Positions 8,949-18,590 of a stretch of 20,000 bases of DNA are shown one piece after another (the first letter of the stretch is position 1; each line of letters opens with the position of its first letter). The stretch is from an uncultured Planctomycetaceae bacterium. GTDB lineage: Bacteria; Planctomycetota; Planctomycetia; Planctomycetales; Planctomycetaceae. The notes below the pieces were generated by a model. That model did not search any database. It saw nothing but the letters and a program-made list of their open reading frames with translations, and had not been told where the DNA came from. The DNA is taken from assembly GCA_963976765.1 (NCBI GenBank), contig CAXBME010000023.1:123578-143577 (forward strand), read 5' to 3'. The position numbers were made by a program, and so were the translations under genes.

Positions 8949-10805
8949 TCACGAAATGCGTCTCAGTAGAACCTGGTAGCCGCCATCTGTCGGATTGCCT
9001 GGAATGAATTCCTGAGTCTCGACCAGTTCAAAGTCTGTCGATTTCTGCAGAAACTGCGTGATGACTCCAGAGTTTTCTTCTGGCTCGACGCTACAGGTTG
9101 AGTAAACAATTCTTCCCCCTGGTGCGACAAGTGTTGCTGCTGCGTCGAGTAATTTCTTCTGAGTGGTGACGAGCTCGTCGATATCTTCAGGAGTGATTCT
9201 GGAACGGACTTCCGGACGTTTACCGAGGACTCCCGTATTCGAACAGGGGACATCGATCAGGATTGCATCGAAAGGCCCTTCCGGGAGTTCAGAGAGATCT
9301 TCGCGAATGACCAGAGGCTGAATCATTGATGAGAAGCCAAGCCGGTCGGCGTTTTCTTCGATACGTCGCAGGCGACCGAGGTCAACGTCGGTCGCGACGA
9401 TACTTCCTTCACCCTTCATCAGTTCGGCGAGGTGGGTTGTCTTGGTTCCCGGAGCGGCGCACAGGTCGAGAATACGCTCGCCCGGTTGCGGAGCCAGCAG
9501 CGCCGCAGCAGACATCGCGGTTTCGTCCTGAACGGTAAAACTTCCATTGGCGAATCCAGGCAGGTCGACGATGCGGAACGGACCTTCGTAGCGAATCGAT
9601 TCGGGGCGGTCGCCGGCTTCCAGAAGTGTTGTCGGTTCCTGGGCGACTGCCGTTCGCATTTTTGCAAGCAACTCGTCGCGCGTCGTTTTCAGTGGGTTGA
9701 CTCGAAACGAAAGTGGCTGTCGAAGGTCGAACCACTTTGCCATCTGAAGCAACTGATCCGGCGAAAACCGAGTACTCCAGCGAGTGACCAGCCACTCGGG
9801 CAGACCAAACGCCGCTGTGACGTAACCTGGCAGGTCCGTTTCCGGCGGCGGGAAAACATCCTTGCCGATGTTGCGGTAGCGGATCTCTGTCACTCGAAAC
9901 GCCGGAGTCTTTCGAGGGTCCACTTCGGAAGCAGCCGGTTCCTCAATGACCGGTTCTGACGCGGGCTTCGGGGCTGGTAAGGACTCGGGCTCCGACGCGG
10001 AAACTGAAGCTGCTGTCGACTTCGCAGCGACGGCTTTGGCCCAGGGGGAATCGGCAGCGACTGGGGCGACCGTTGGTGAAGGAGCAGGTGACGACGGAGC
10101 GGTCGTCAGTGACGTTGCTTCACTGGCGACTCTTGCCTGAAGCAGTGCCGGTCGCACGCTGACGGGGACCCTGCTGGCTGACGGCGTCTCCTCGAACGAT
10201 TCGTCGATCTCACGAGCGATTGAGCGGAAGACGCCGTTCATAAAGCCACACCAGCGAGGCTGTTGGGCCCACCGACCGAGTTCAACGGTTTCATGCACGG
10301 CGGCGTGAACGGGAACCCCGTGCATGAACACAAGCTGGTAAAGACCGACCTGAAGCAGCGTCCAAAGCTGATCTTCGATGCTGTATCTCGGTCTGGTGAC
10401 AAAGGCTGCAAGCAGCGCATCCAGCGTGGCCTGCCGTCGAACGACGCCGTTGACGAGTTCTGAAATGAACGGTCGATCGTACTTCGACAGATTCTTAACC
10501 GGAGCTGCCTTCGTTGACGGCTGCCACGGCGACGTCGTCGCGGAGGATTCACCTTCGGGCTGGCTGCCCACCTTCGCCCCAAGCGGCTTCTTGCCGGGGA
10601 AGCTTCGGCCTAGGCCTTCGAGCTTTTCGTCCAGCAATTGCCCGACGAATGTCTGCGTCCGTTTATGCTCATCCAGAATCACGAGTGCAAGCTGGCGGTC
10701 AGTGGTTGGTCGAGGAAGACCTTCAACCGCCGCACGCCCTCGCTGTTGGAATCGTTTCTGGCCAACTTCACTTTTGCGGAATCTCAGCGGGTCGCGTTTC
10801 TTCAT
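8949..10805 (-). CDS. rsmB: 16S rRNA m5C967 methyltransferase RsmB/Sun (NusB-like domain plus SAM-dependent RNA m5C methyltransferase)
   Basis: NusB-like segment ([34 protein letters not shown]), then [33 protein letters not shown] and YSTCS. Its start overlaps the aroA stop (ATGA). Confidence 0.92.
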   Translation of the reverse strand: MKKRDPLRFRKSEVGQKRFQQRGRAAVEGLPRPTTDRQLALVILDEHKRTQTFVGQLLDEKLEGLGRSFPGKKPLGAKVGSQPEGESSATTSPWQPSTKAAPVKNLSKYDRPFISELVNGVVRRQATLDALLAAFVTRPRYSIEDQLWTLLQVGLYQLVFMHGVPVHAAVHETVELGRWAQQPRWCGFMNGVFRSIAREIDESFEETPSASRVPVSVRPALLQARVASEATSLTTAPSSPAPSPTVAPVAADSPWAKAVAAKSTAASVSASEPESLPAPKPASEPVIEEPAASEVDPRKTPAFRVTEIRYRNIGKDVFPPPETDLPGYVTAAFGLPEWLVTRWSTRFSPDQLLQMAKWFDLRQPLSFRVNPLKTTRDELLAKMRTAVAQEPTTLLEAGDRPESIRYEGPFRIVDLPGFANGSFTVQDETAMSAAALLAPQPGERILDLCAAPGTKTTHLAELMKGEGSIVATDVDLGRLRRIEENADRLGFSSMIQPLVIREDLSELPEGPFDAILIDVPCSNTGVLGKRPEVRSRITPEDIDELVTTQKKLLDAAATLVAPGGRIVYSTCSVEPEENSGVITQFLQKSTDFELVETQEFIPGNPTDGGYQVLLRRIS

Positions 10806-12085
10806 GAGTTGGTTCCGCAGAGCTTTTCAAGATCGCTGAAAAAGTGAGGATAAGTCTTGCCCGTACAGCCAGGATCGGCGATGCGAATTCCGTCGCTGCG
10901 AAGTCCAGCCAGTGCGAAGCTCATCGCCATGCGGTGGTCATCATAAGTTTCGATCGTCGCTGGTTGAATTGGTCCGGGGGTGATCGTCAGTCCGTCGTCG
11001 AACTCTTCCGCGGTAACTCCCATCCGACGGATTTCGTTGACGACTGCGGCGACTCGATCGGTTTCTTTGTGACGCATGTGGCCAACGTTGCGGATGCGAG
11101 TCGGCCCGTCCGCGAACAACGCCACGACCGCCAGAGTCTGAGCGGTGTCGCTGATTGCGTTCATGTCGATATCGACGCCGGTCAGCCTGTCACCTTTGAC
11201 CGTGATCGAGTCATCGTTGTAGTGAACTTTGCAGCCCATCTGTTCCAACGCTTCGACAAAGTGCACATCGCCCTGCAAAGCGTAACTGGAGAGTCCTTCG
11301 ACTGTGACTTCACCGCCGGTGATCGCCGCGATGGCAAAGAAGTAGCTGGCTGCCGAAGCGTCGGGTTCGATGTCGTAGTTCGTCGCCTTGTACTGCTGCG
11401 GTGAGATCGCAAAGCGTTGAGAATCCGGGCAGAGTACCGTCGCCCCGAACTGAGCCATCACGCCCATCGTCATGTCGATGTACGGCTTGGAAACCAGTTC
11501 GCCAGTGACTTCGATGTCGACCGGCGTCGATGCGCACGGCGCGGCCATCAGCAACGCACTGAGGTACTGACTGGAAACGTTTCCTGCGATTGAGGTCTGG
11601 CCGCCGGTCAACCCCTTCGCTGTCATACGAACGGGCGGGCAATCGGTTCCGAGTTCACATTCGACGTCGACACCGAACTTGGTCAAAGACTCAACGAGGT
11701 GAGAAATCGGCCGCTCCCGCATTCGCTCGTTGCCGTCGAGTCGGTACTTACCATGGCCGAGCGAGCAAAAGGCGGTCAGAAATCGAATGCTGGTGCCGCT
11801 GTTTTCCAGCCAGAGTTCGGCTTTGTCGGCCGGAGGCTTGCCGCCGCAGCCAGTGACTTCCATCGTGCAGTTGTCGACGTCATGGGTGACCGAAACGCCC
11901 AGACGGTTCAGGCTTTCGACCATGACTCGCGTGTCATCACTTGCCAGGACACCGGACAGCTTCGTCGTTCCAGAAGCCAGCGCAGCGGTAATCAACGCCC
12001 GATTTGTGAGGCTCTTGGAGCCGGGCGGCCGAATTGATCCTCGAACCGGTTCGGTCACCGGCCTGACGAGGTACGCATCATCCAT
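10802..12085 (-). CDS. aroA: 3-phosphoshikimate 1-carboxyvinyltransferase (EPSP synthase)
   Basis: Motifs [56 protein letters not shown] and KTYPHFF. Confidence 0.98.
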   Translation of the reverse strand: MDDAYLVRPVTEPVRGSIRPPGSKSLTNRALITAALASGTTKLSGVLASDDTRVMVESLNRLGVSVTHDVDNCTMEVTGCGGKPPADKAELWLENSGTSIRFLTAFCSLGHGKYRLDGNERMRERPISHLVESLTKFGVDVECELGTDCPPVRMTAKGLTGGQTSIAGNVSSQYLSALLMAAPCASTPVDIEVTGELVSKPYIDMTMGVMAQFGATVLCPDSQRFAISPQQYKATNYDIEPDASAASYFFAIAAITGGEVTVEGLSSYALQGDVHFVEALEQMGCKVHYNDDSITVKGDRLTGVDIDMNAISDTAQTLAVVALFADGPTRIRNVGHMRHKETDRVAAVVNEIRRMGVTAEEFDDGLTITPGPIQPATIETYDDHRMAMSFALAGLRSDGIRIADPGCTGKTYPHFFSDLEKLCGTNS

Positions 12086-12109
12086 CGTTTACAGAATTCC
12101 GTTGCGCTG

Positions 12110-12147
12110 AAAAGAAAAAGAACCCGGTCTCCCGAGGAAACCGGGTT
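12110..12147 (-). terminator. Rho-independent terminator after the DUF1080 gene
   Basis: The minus strand reads AACCCGGTTTCC-TCG-GGAGACCGGGTT followed by CTTTTTCTTTT. Confidence 0.82.
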
Positions 12148-12175
12148 GTATTAATCAGGTTTTGCATCAGTCCCG

Positions 12176-12231
12176 GCAGGGTAGGCGTTGCCCACCACAT
12201 CAACGATTCTGGTGGGGATTGCCCACCCTAC
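12176..12231. repeat. GTAG-type REP doublet (REPIN-like inverted pair)
   Basis: The minus strand reads GTAGGGTGGGCAATCCCCACCA, a 12-nt spacer, then TGGTGGGCAACGCCTACCCTGC. The arms are inverted copies (17/22 identical). Each is internally palindromic and starts with GTAG or GCAG. Confidence 0.7.
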
Positions 12232-12932
12232 TCCTTCGTTTCCGGTTTCTTCTCCAGGTCCGCCTTAGTCAGTTTGCGGAGTTTAATGTCTTTCAACGCT
12301 CCCGTCGTCTGCCAGGTGCAGAATCCGAGCGGTTTCGACGCCTCGACTTCAATTCGCACTGTAAATTTGTGGTCGAGAATCGGGACATCGAGAATTTCCT
12401 CGTCGTCGATCCATGCGTTGATCTGTTCGTCAGTGACTCGAATTCGGAATTTGTACCATTGTTTGGCCTTAAATTCCCGGTATGAAGTTGTTTCGTTTTC
12501 TGAGGCATCGTAGCTGTCGATCGAGGAAAGTCCGCACACGCCACCTCCCCAGCCGCCGCAGATCAGCGAGCCGTACCCCTTTTGAATCGGCAGCGTCAGG
12601 CCGCAGAAGAAGTCGAAACCATTGACTCTCATGGCCTGGAAGGTGATTTCGTAGTTGGACCGGGGAATCACTTTGGCGTCCTGCCAGGTGATGCCCGTCA
12701 TGTCTGAACCCACTTCCATGACCAGGCTGCCGTCGCTGACAAGAACTTCACCTTCGCCACCAAAGTTCGTCGACTTCCAGCCTTTCAGCGTCTTGCCATC
12801 GAAAAGCGAAATGACGTTTTTGTCTTTCTTTTGTTTCTCGCCCTTTTCTTTGACCTTGGTGGCGTCCTCGGCAAAGACCGAGCCAGCCAGAAGAGCGACA
12901 CCGAGAAAAACGATTGTTTGAAGTCTCATCAT
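12228..12932 (-). CDS. DUF1080 / 3-keto-disaccharide hydrolase family secreted protein
   Basis: ATG 12932 has the RBS AGGAG, followed by a signal peptide, the hallmark SLFDGKTLKGW, GGWGGGVCGLSSID, WYKFRIRV and LKDIKLRKL. Confidence 0.88.
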   Translation of the reverse strand: MMRLQTIVFLGVALLAGSVFAEDATKVKEKGEKQKKDKNVISLFDGKTLKGWKSTNFGGEGEVLVSDGSLVMEVGSDMTGITWQDAKVIPRSNYEITFQAMRVNGFDFFCGLTLPIQKGYGSLICGGWGGGVCGLSSIDSYDASENETTSYREFKAKQWYKFRIRVTDEQINAWIDDEEILDVPILDHKFTVRIEVEASKPLGFCTWQTTGALKDIKLRKLTKADLEKKPETKE

Positions 12933-13076
12933 GGATCTCCTGAAATCCAGGGCTCTGTCTCGTGAAGGCGACTGCCTGCTGATTTTGAACGGGAACCGAG
13001 CTTTCTGGCGAAGCGTGGAAAAGCATCGTGAGCTTGTGAAAGCCGGAAGGCAACACAAGCTGCAGATCTGAACTGA

Positions 13077-14012
13077 TTACTTCGGAACTGCTGAATGCAG
13101 ATGTACCTCGTCGTGCATCGTGTAGAAGCGAAACTGCTTGCCGTCGTGGATGAACAGGCCGCTGGATTTGTTTTCTGAAATCGGTCGAAGCGGATTGCGG
13201 GGGTACTTCTTCCAGTTTCGAAGGTCGTCAGAGACCGCGATTCCGTTGGCCCAGAGTTTTGATCCGGCTTTCGAACCGTGGATCGACGCGTAGTATCGGC
13301 CTTTGTATTTGAAGACCTGATTCATCGCGATCAGATCGAGGTCGAATTCGTCTGGACCTGGCACCATGACGGGGGCGTCGCTGATGTTCGTCCAGACTTT
13401 CATATCGCGAGACGTCGCCAGCCAGATGCCGGCGTCTCGACGTTCGTAGAAAAGATTCCAGACACCGTCTTCGTGATAAGCGGTCGGCGTGCCGTACGGG
13501 CCAGGCTCGATCGGTTCTCCATCGGCTTTTCGAACGTCAAGGGGGCCGACCCGTTGCCAGGCCACTCCGTCTGTCGACTTCAGCAGATGAGCCTGATCGT
13601 TCTTCCCCTCGGCAAACATGTAGAGCGTTCCGTCGCGCGGAACGATCATCATGTCTTCAACCCAGGTCTCCGCGTAAACCGGATTTTCAGGATGCGGCGT
13701 CCACTTCACGCCGTCGTCCGACGTGGCCAGTCCGAGTTTCTTTTGCCCTTCGCGAGTCCCATCGTAGCCGGTGTACCACATCCGCCACGCGGGAGTGCCC
13801 GCAGCGGCGCTCTGATCAAACAGGATCCAGCCGCGTTCGCGAATCTTCACATCCCAGTGGCCTTCGCCCTGTGCTGTGAAAACCGGATTTGCAGCAACTG
13901 GAGCAAAGTTTGTCAGCTCCTTCGGAAACAACTCATCAGCGTTCGCGGAAATCAATCCGTTGCAAAGCAACGTCGAGAAAACGGCGAGACGGGAAACGGC
14001 AGGCAGCTTCAT
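13077..14012 (-). CDS. Secreted five-bladed beta-propeller glycosidase-like protein (GH32/43/130-type fold; family not resolved)
   Basis: Signal peptide and repeated blades (NPVF..WD, MWYTGY..LGLATSDDGVKW..NPV, VEDM, STDGVAW, LATSRDMKVW, AVSDDLRNWKKYPRNP). Confidence 0.75.
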   Translation of the reverse strand: MKLPAVSRLAVFSTLLCNGLISANADELFPKELTNFAPVAANPVFTAQGEGHWDVKIRERGWILFDQSAAAGTPAWRMWYTGYDGTREGQKKLGLATSDDGVKWTPHPENPVYAETWVEDMMIVPRDGTLYMFAEGKNDQAHLLKSTDGVAWQRVGPLDVRKADGEPIEPGPYGTPTAYHEDGVWNLFYERRDAGIWLATSRDMKVWTNISDAPVMVPGPDEFDLDLIAMNQVFKYKGRYYASIHGSKAGSKLWANGIAVSDDLRNWKKYPRNPLRPISENKSSGLFIHDGKQFRFYTMHDEVHLHSAVPK

Positions 14013-14081
14013 TTCAATTCCTCTGAATCGTGCTGAATCCGCAACATGAATATCTCATCAATCAGCAACAGGTCGACAGGT

Positions 14082-15641
14082 TCAGTTGGTTCCGGGATTG
14101 GTCTCTCCGATATCCGGCGGCGTCACCGGGGCAGGCGGCCAGTGAACTCCGCGCTGCAAGGCAAGTCCCCGGTTCGACAACGGCGGACATTCCTGATTCG
14201 GGAGTCCGACCAGCTCGCTGGCATCATTCACCCATTCCAGATCGGAACCGTACAGCTCAGAGGAGAGCAGGGCAGTGAGACGCTCCAGTTCGGCAGAGTG
14301 GCTGTCGTCTGAAGAAAGGTCGTGCAGTTCCGTTGGGTCGTTATGCAGGTCGAAAAGCTGGCGACAGTTTCCTGCGGGATAGTAGACCAGCTTGAAACGG
14401 CCATCGTGAATCATGCGGGCCGACATCGGACCTTCGTTGCATTCTCCGTAGGCGTGGTCGCGGCGGTTTGCTCCGACAACCGGGATGCCGTCGCATGAAT
14501 CGGGAATCGGAATTCCTGCCTGATCGAGCAGCGTAGGCATCACATCTCGTAGATGGACGAGCCGGTCATCGCACGAGTTCTCGGCGACTCGTTCGTCACC
14601 TTTCTGAGGAACCAGCAGGAACGGAACATTGGCCGAACCTTCGTAGAACAAACGCTTGGCCCACAGGCCGTGACGACCGAGCATGTCTCCGTGATCCGCC
14701 GTGAAGACGATGATGGTGTCGTCAAGAATTCCTTCCTCGCGCAGCGTTCCCAGCACCAGCCGGATCTGGTGATCGATGTGAGTGCACAGCGCGTAGAACC
14801 CCTGCAAAGCGGTGCGGATTGTTTGCGGCGATCGCACGTGCCAGCCGTTGCGTTGAACGTTGAGCCGGTAGCAGAGTTCGTTGCTCGGCGATGCGGGTTG
14901 CCCGGTCTTCGAGTTGCCCGTTGACGAATCGCGCGAAACGTTGTCACGCCAGGAATCCGGCACCCAGTCGCCGTACACCGGCTGGTCGAGATTGATGTCG
15001 TTGTACATGTCCCAGTAGTGCTGCGGCGGGACGAGCGGCGGGTGCGGATGCGTGAAGGACAGGTACCAGAATCCGGGCCGAGTCGGGTCTCGCCGGCGAA
15101 TTGTTCGCGACATCTGCTGAGCCGTCCACGTCGTCACATGGCAGTCTTCGGGCAGATGCCACGGTCTGGCGGTGTACTGATTGTTGCTCATCGCGTGGTC
15201 AAACTGTCGTCCGGCGTGGCCCTTGTCGCCGAGGAAAATGTCATAGTCGTCCCACACGCCCCAGTGAGGCCGCCCTTCTTCGGCAAGAATGACATCGTCG
15301 AATCCCGCGCGAGCACGTTGCGGAAAAACGTGCAGCTTGCCGACGGCGTTTGTCTGGTAACCGGCGTTTCGAAATGCGTCTGCAATCGTCGGAGCGTTTG
15401 GCATCGTCAGCGTTGTCTGAAATGTTCGATCGCCATGCAGCCGTGGAGACTGTCCGGTCAGAAGACTCCTTCGCGCAGGAATGCAGACAGGGCACTCGCT
15501 GTAGGCATTTGTGAATCGCCTGCCGCAACGAGCGAGAGCATCGAGCGTCGGTGTCTGAATATCCGGATGCCCGGCACAACCGAGCAGGTTCGCTGGCCAA
15601 TGGTCGGTCGTAATCAACAGGACGTGCGGTCGGTCATTCAT
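14082..15641 (-). CDS. Cytoplasmic Cys-type sulfatase (arylsulfatase/choline-sulfatase-like)
   Basis: RPHVLLITTDH, TPTLD, formylglycine motif CIPARRSLLTG, VGKLH, HPHPP, FTADHGD, FYEGSANVPF and QLFDLHNDP. No signal peptide. ATG 15641 is preferred over GTG 15674. Confidence 0.92.
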   Translation of the reverse strand: MNDRPHVLLITTDHWPANLLGCAGHPDIQTPTLDALARCGRRFTNAYSECPVCIPARRSLLTGQSPRLHGDRTFQTTLTMPNAPTIADAFRNAGYQTNAVGKLHVFPQRARAGFDDVILAEEGRPHWGVWDDYDIFLGDKGHAGRQFDHAMSNNQYTARPWHLPEDCHVTTWTAQQMSRTIRRRDPTRPGFWYLSFTHPHPPLVPPQHYWDMYNDINLDQPVYGDWVPDSWRDNVSRDSSTGNSKTGQPASPSNELCYRLNVQRNGWHVRSPQTIRTALQGFYALCTHIDHQIRLVLGTLREEGILDDTIIVFTADHGDMLGRHGLWAKRLFYEGSANVPFLLVPQKGDERVAENSCDDRLVHLRDVMPTLLDQAGIPIPDSCDGIPVVGANRRDHAYGECNEGPMSARMIHDGRFKLVYYPAGNCRQLFDLHNDPTELHDLSSDDSHSAELERLTALLSSELYGSDLEWVNDASELVGLPNQECPPLSNRGLALQRGVHWPPAPVTPPDIGETNPGTN

Positions 15642-15702
15642 TGATGTGGTTTCAAAAACCTGACGAGAGAACACCTTGGATGATCAATCTCGAAGCTTTC
15701 GA

Positions 15703-17238
15703 TCAGGAGCCGGCGAGTTCGGCCAGCTTTGGGAAGTCCTTCTTGAGTGACCGGTAAAGCTGACCGTACATCGGGTACGCCTTGTCATAGGCCGCTTTGG
15801 TTTCTGCACAGGTTGCCGTGCTGTTCGTCACGCTGATCGTTGCCGAGCAGGCTTCGACGACGTTCGAGTATGCACCCGTGCCGGTCGCGGCGAGGAGCGC
15901 GACTCCGTAAGCCGGGCCTTCGTCCGAGTTCGTCACGCAGACGTCCTGGCCGTAGATGTCCGCCTGAAGCTGTCGCCAGAAGGCGCTGCGTGCTCCGCCG
16001 CCGGAGACTCGGATCTGGCTGATCGGGATGTTCATGCCTTTGATGATTTCCAGGCAGTCCCGCATGGCGTAGGTCGCTCCTTCCATGACCGAGCGGATCA
16101 TGTGCGACCGTCTGTGCCGAAGTGAAAGGCCGATCCACGCGCCACGCGCGTACGGATCGCAATGCGGAGTTCGTTCGCCGGTCAGATACGGCAGGAAGTA
16201 CAGACCTTCGGAACCGGCAGGTGCTTTGTCGGCCGCGGCGGTCATCAGTTCGTACGCTTCGGTGTCCATGCCAGCCGCGATGGCGGATTCCATTTCGCCA
16301 AACTGATTACGGTACCATTGCAGACTTCCGCCGGCGGAAAGGACGCAACCCATCACGTGCCATTGTCCGTTGACAGCGTGGCAGAACGTGTGGACTCGGC
16401 CTTCGGGATCGGTCTGAACTTCGTCCGAATGAGCGAACACGACGCCGCTGGTTCCCATGGTCGCGGAAATTGTCCCGCCGCTGACGATGCCGTTGCCGAC
16501 CGCTCCGGCCGCCTGGTCTCCACCGCCGCCTACGACCGCAACTCCGGATGGTAGTCCAAGTGCCTTCGCCGCGACGTCGCTCAACGTTCCGCTGACGACT
16601 TCAGACTCGAAGACTTCCGGCAAAAGTGCTTTGTCGATTTCCAGCTTGTCGAGTAGTGGCTGACACCACGACCGGTTCTTTACGTCGAGCAGCAGCGTGC
16701 CGGATGCGTCGCTGACTTCCGTCGCGAATTCGCCGGTCAGGCGGTAGCGGACGTAATCCTTCGGCAGCAGAACCTGTTTTGTTTTTTCGTAGTTGGCAGG
16801 CTCGTTGTTTCGTAGCCACAGAATTTTCGGAGCGGTGAAGCCGGTCAGCGCCGGGTTTGAGACCATGTCGATCAGGGCCGACCGACCGCCAGCTCGCGAT
16901 TCGATTTCTTCGCACTCGGCCTGCGTTCGCTGGTCGTTCCACAGCAGAGCAGGGCGGATGACATTTCTATCGGCGTCGAGAAACACGCTGCCGTGCATCT
17001 GTCCGCTGAGTCCGATCCCTTTGACTTCGGCGGGATCGATGCCGCCTTTTTTCAGAACAGCCTGCACACTCTGGACGGTCGCCTTCCACCAGTCTTCAGG
17101 ATTCTGCTCGGACCAGCCGGGTTTCGGTGTGTAAAGCGGATATTCGACCGTGTCTTTGGCGAGGATCGCCCCGTCTTCGCGCATCGCCAGAGTCTTCGTG
17201 CCGCTTGTTCCCACGTCGATGCCCAGAAAAACGCTCAT
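15703..17238 (-). CDS. xylB: Xylulokinase (FGGY carbohydrate kinase)
   Basis: Motifs [61 protein letters not shown] and SGGGARS. Confidence 0.93.
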   Translation of the reverse strand: MSVFLGIDVGTSGTKTLAMREDGAILAKDTVEYPLYTPKPGWSEQNPEDWWKATVQSVQAVLKKGGIDPAEVKGIGLSGQMHGSVFLDADRNVIRPALLWNDQRTQAECEEIESRAGGRSALIDMVSNPALTGFTAPKILWLRNNEPANYEKTKQVLLPKDYVRYRLTGEFATEVSDASGTLLLDVKNRSWCQPLLDKLEIDKALLPEVFESEVVSGTLSDVAAKALGLPSGVAVVGGGGDQAAGAVGNGIVSGGTISATMGTSGVVFAHSDEVQTDPEGRVHTFCHAVNGQWHVMGCVLSAGGSLQWYRNQFGEMESAIAAGMDTEAYELMTAAADKAPAGSEGLYFLPYLTGERTPHCDPYARGAWIGLSLRHRRSHMIRSVMEGATYAMRDCLEIIKGMNIPISQIRVSGGGARSAFWRQLQADIYGQDVCVTNSDEGPAYGVALLAATGTGAYSNVVEACSATISVTNSTATCAETKAAYDKAYPMYGQLYRSLKKDFPKLAELAGS

Positions 17239-17837
17239 CGCTGCCGCTCCATGGAGTGTGTCGTGCCAAAGTCTGGCGAAGAGTAGCTGACGGCTGCGGC
17301 GTTTTCGACAGACCTGGTACGCGCGGTAATTGTTGACGCTGGCGTTTCGGGGTGTCTGTCCCGATTGAGGAAGTCTCTGACGTTATTCAGGATTTTCGCT
17401 GGCTGACAGTCGCTGCTGAAACTGCGAATGTGTCAACAGTTCGAGGTTCCCGTCTGCGTCTTTGATCATGTAGACGAACTGCCGGTCAACAATGGCAGGG
17501 GCTCCGCAGATACAGCACCGGGTCTTGTTGTTGCATCGCTGAGTTCGACCAGCGCACTACACGAACCGTTGAAGGTCTCCCATCGACACGGTTTGTCCAC
17601 TCTCCACGAAGACTCGCTTTCGTGGTTCTTCTCAGAAAGCAGGTCACGTACGATGTCGGCGGAGCCTGCTGTCTGGAACGAGGTTCTTTCGGCACTCGCT
17701 ACTGCTGCCCGGAGCGGACTCAAAGAACTGTTTTGCTTGGAGCTGGCGACAAAGGTGCTGATGCGGCTGGCTCGGCTGAATCGGGATCATGGCTTTATAG
17801 GTCGAGAGTCATGGCGTCGCTGTTCCATTTCGTAACC

Positions 17838-18590
17838 TCAATCCGGTAGCGGCATTGTCTGAGCTTCAAGCCAATCCGGAAGTGAGTGGTTTTTGGTCGT
17901 GTTGCACGCACACTTGCGTCCATAGTCTCTTGGGATCGCTGCGAGTTTTTCGAGGTCGTGCTTTGCATTCTCCAAATGCTTCTCGAGTATTCGGATGCAC
18001 CGAAGGTCCTCAAGCATCTCAGCGGGACTTGCCTTCTTCCTTACTTTCGCAGTGAGATTCGCTATGACCTCAGGGTGACTCTGAACGACGTCAAGGCACT
18101 CCCGAATCCGCCTTTGCCGTTTTCTTCTCAAAGCAACCTTAAGACTGTTGTCCAGTCGATATGCCTGATGTGTGTATTGAGCATCCCTGGCCGCAGGCTT
18201 CAGGCAGCCATCCGTCGCATTGAAGTGTCTGCCCCAACTCACCTTTGTGGGGTCAAGCAATGCTGCTCCGTCTTTGCAGACCGGCTTGCGACGCCTGCTT
18301 GTGTTGCATGATCGGCACGCATAGAAGCAATTGTCGTACAGGTTTGCCTGATCCTTGTTAGTGCTCTGCGGCAGGAAGTGCTCCACGGTAAACAGCCCGG
18401 TGCCTTCTGTCAACCCGATGCACGTCCAGTCAACTTCGTGAACCAGGCAAAAAGCGCACGTGAAGCCAAAATCCCAGCGGAGGCATTGGCGGTACCTCTG
18501 ATACCCCTTAGTCGCCTTGCTCTGTCGGGGCCTGTGCTTCCGAGGCATGGGGGCCACGGGAGGAGCGGTCACTTCTGGCAGAATCTTCAT
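17838..18590 (-). CDS. HNH endonuclease (Zn-binding treble-clef type)
   Basis: YRQCLRWDFGFT-CAFC...VEHFLPQS...YDNCFYA-CRSCN. ATG 18590 is preferred over TTG 18599 (alternative ATG at 18548). The start lies inside the 3' end of the upstream gene. Confidence 0.88.
   Translation of the reverse strand: MKILPEVTAPPVAPMPRKHRPRQSKATKGYQRYRQCLRWDFGFTCAFCLVHEVDWTCIGLTEGTGLFTVEHFLPQSTNKDQANLYDNCFYACRSCNTSRRRKPVCKDGAALLDPTKVSWGRHFNATDGCLKPAARDAQYTHQAYRLDNSLKVALRRKRQRRIRECLDVVQSHPEVIANLTAKVRKKASPAEMLEDLRCIRILEKHLENAKHDLEKLAAIPRDYGRKCACNTTKNHSLPDWLEAQTMPLPD

Noticed and set aside
12933..13058. Upstream extensions of the DUF1080 ORF (start 13058) and likewise the DUF3500 ORF (start 8897)
   Set aside because: Downstream ATGs have clear RBSs and place the signal peptides at the N-terminus.
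144..17336. Numerous antisense or alternate-frame ORFs (e.g. 144..881, 4692..5234, 10844..11404, 13278..14036, 15018..15644)
   Set aside because: They are shadows of well-supported genes in GC-rich DNA and show no protein motifs.
17557..17559. TAG readthrough (pyrrolysine) extending the 17383-17556 stretch
   Set aside because: Two further TGA stops lie shortly upstream in the same frame, and nothing else suggests Pyl use.
17428..17835. 135-aa plus-strand ORF converging on the HNH gene
   Set aside because: No recognisable motif or RBS. It cannot be supported as a gene, though it is not strictly excluded.
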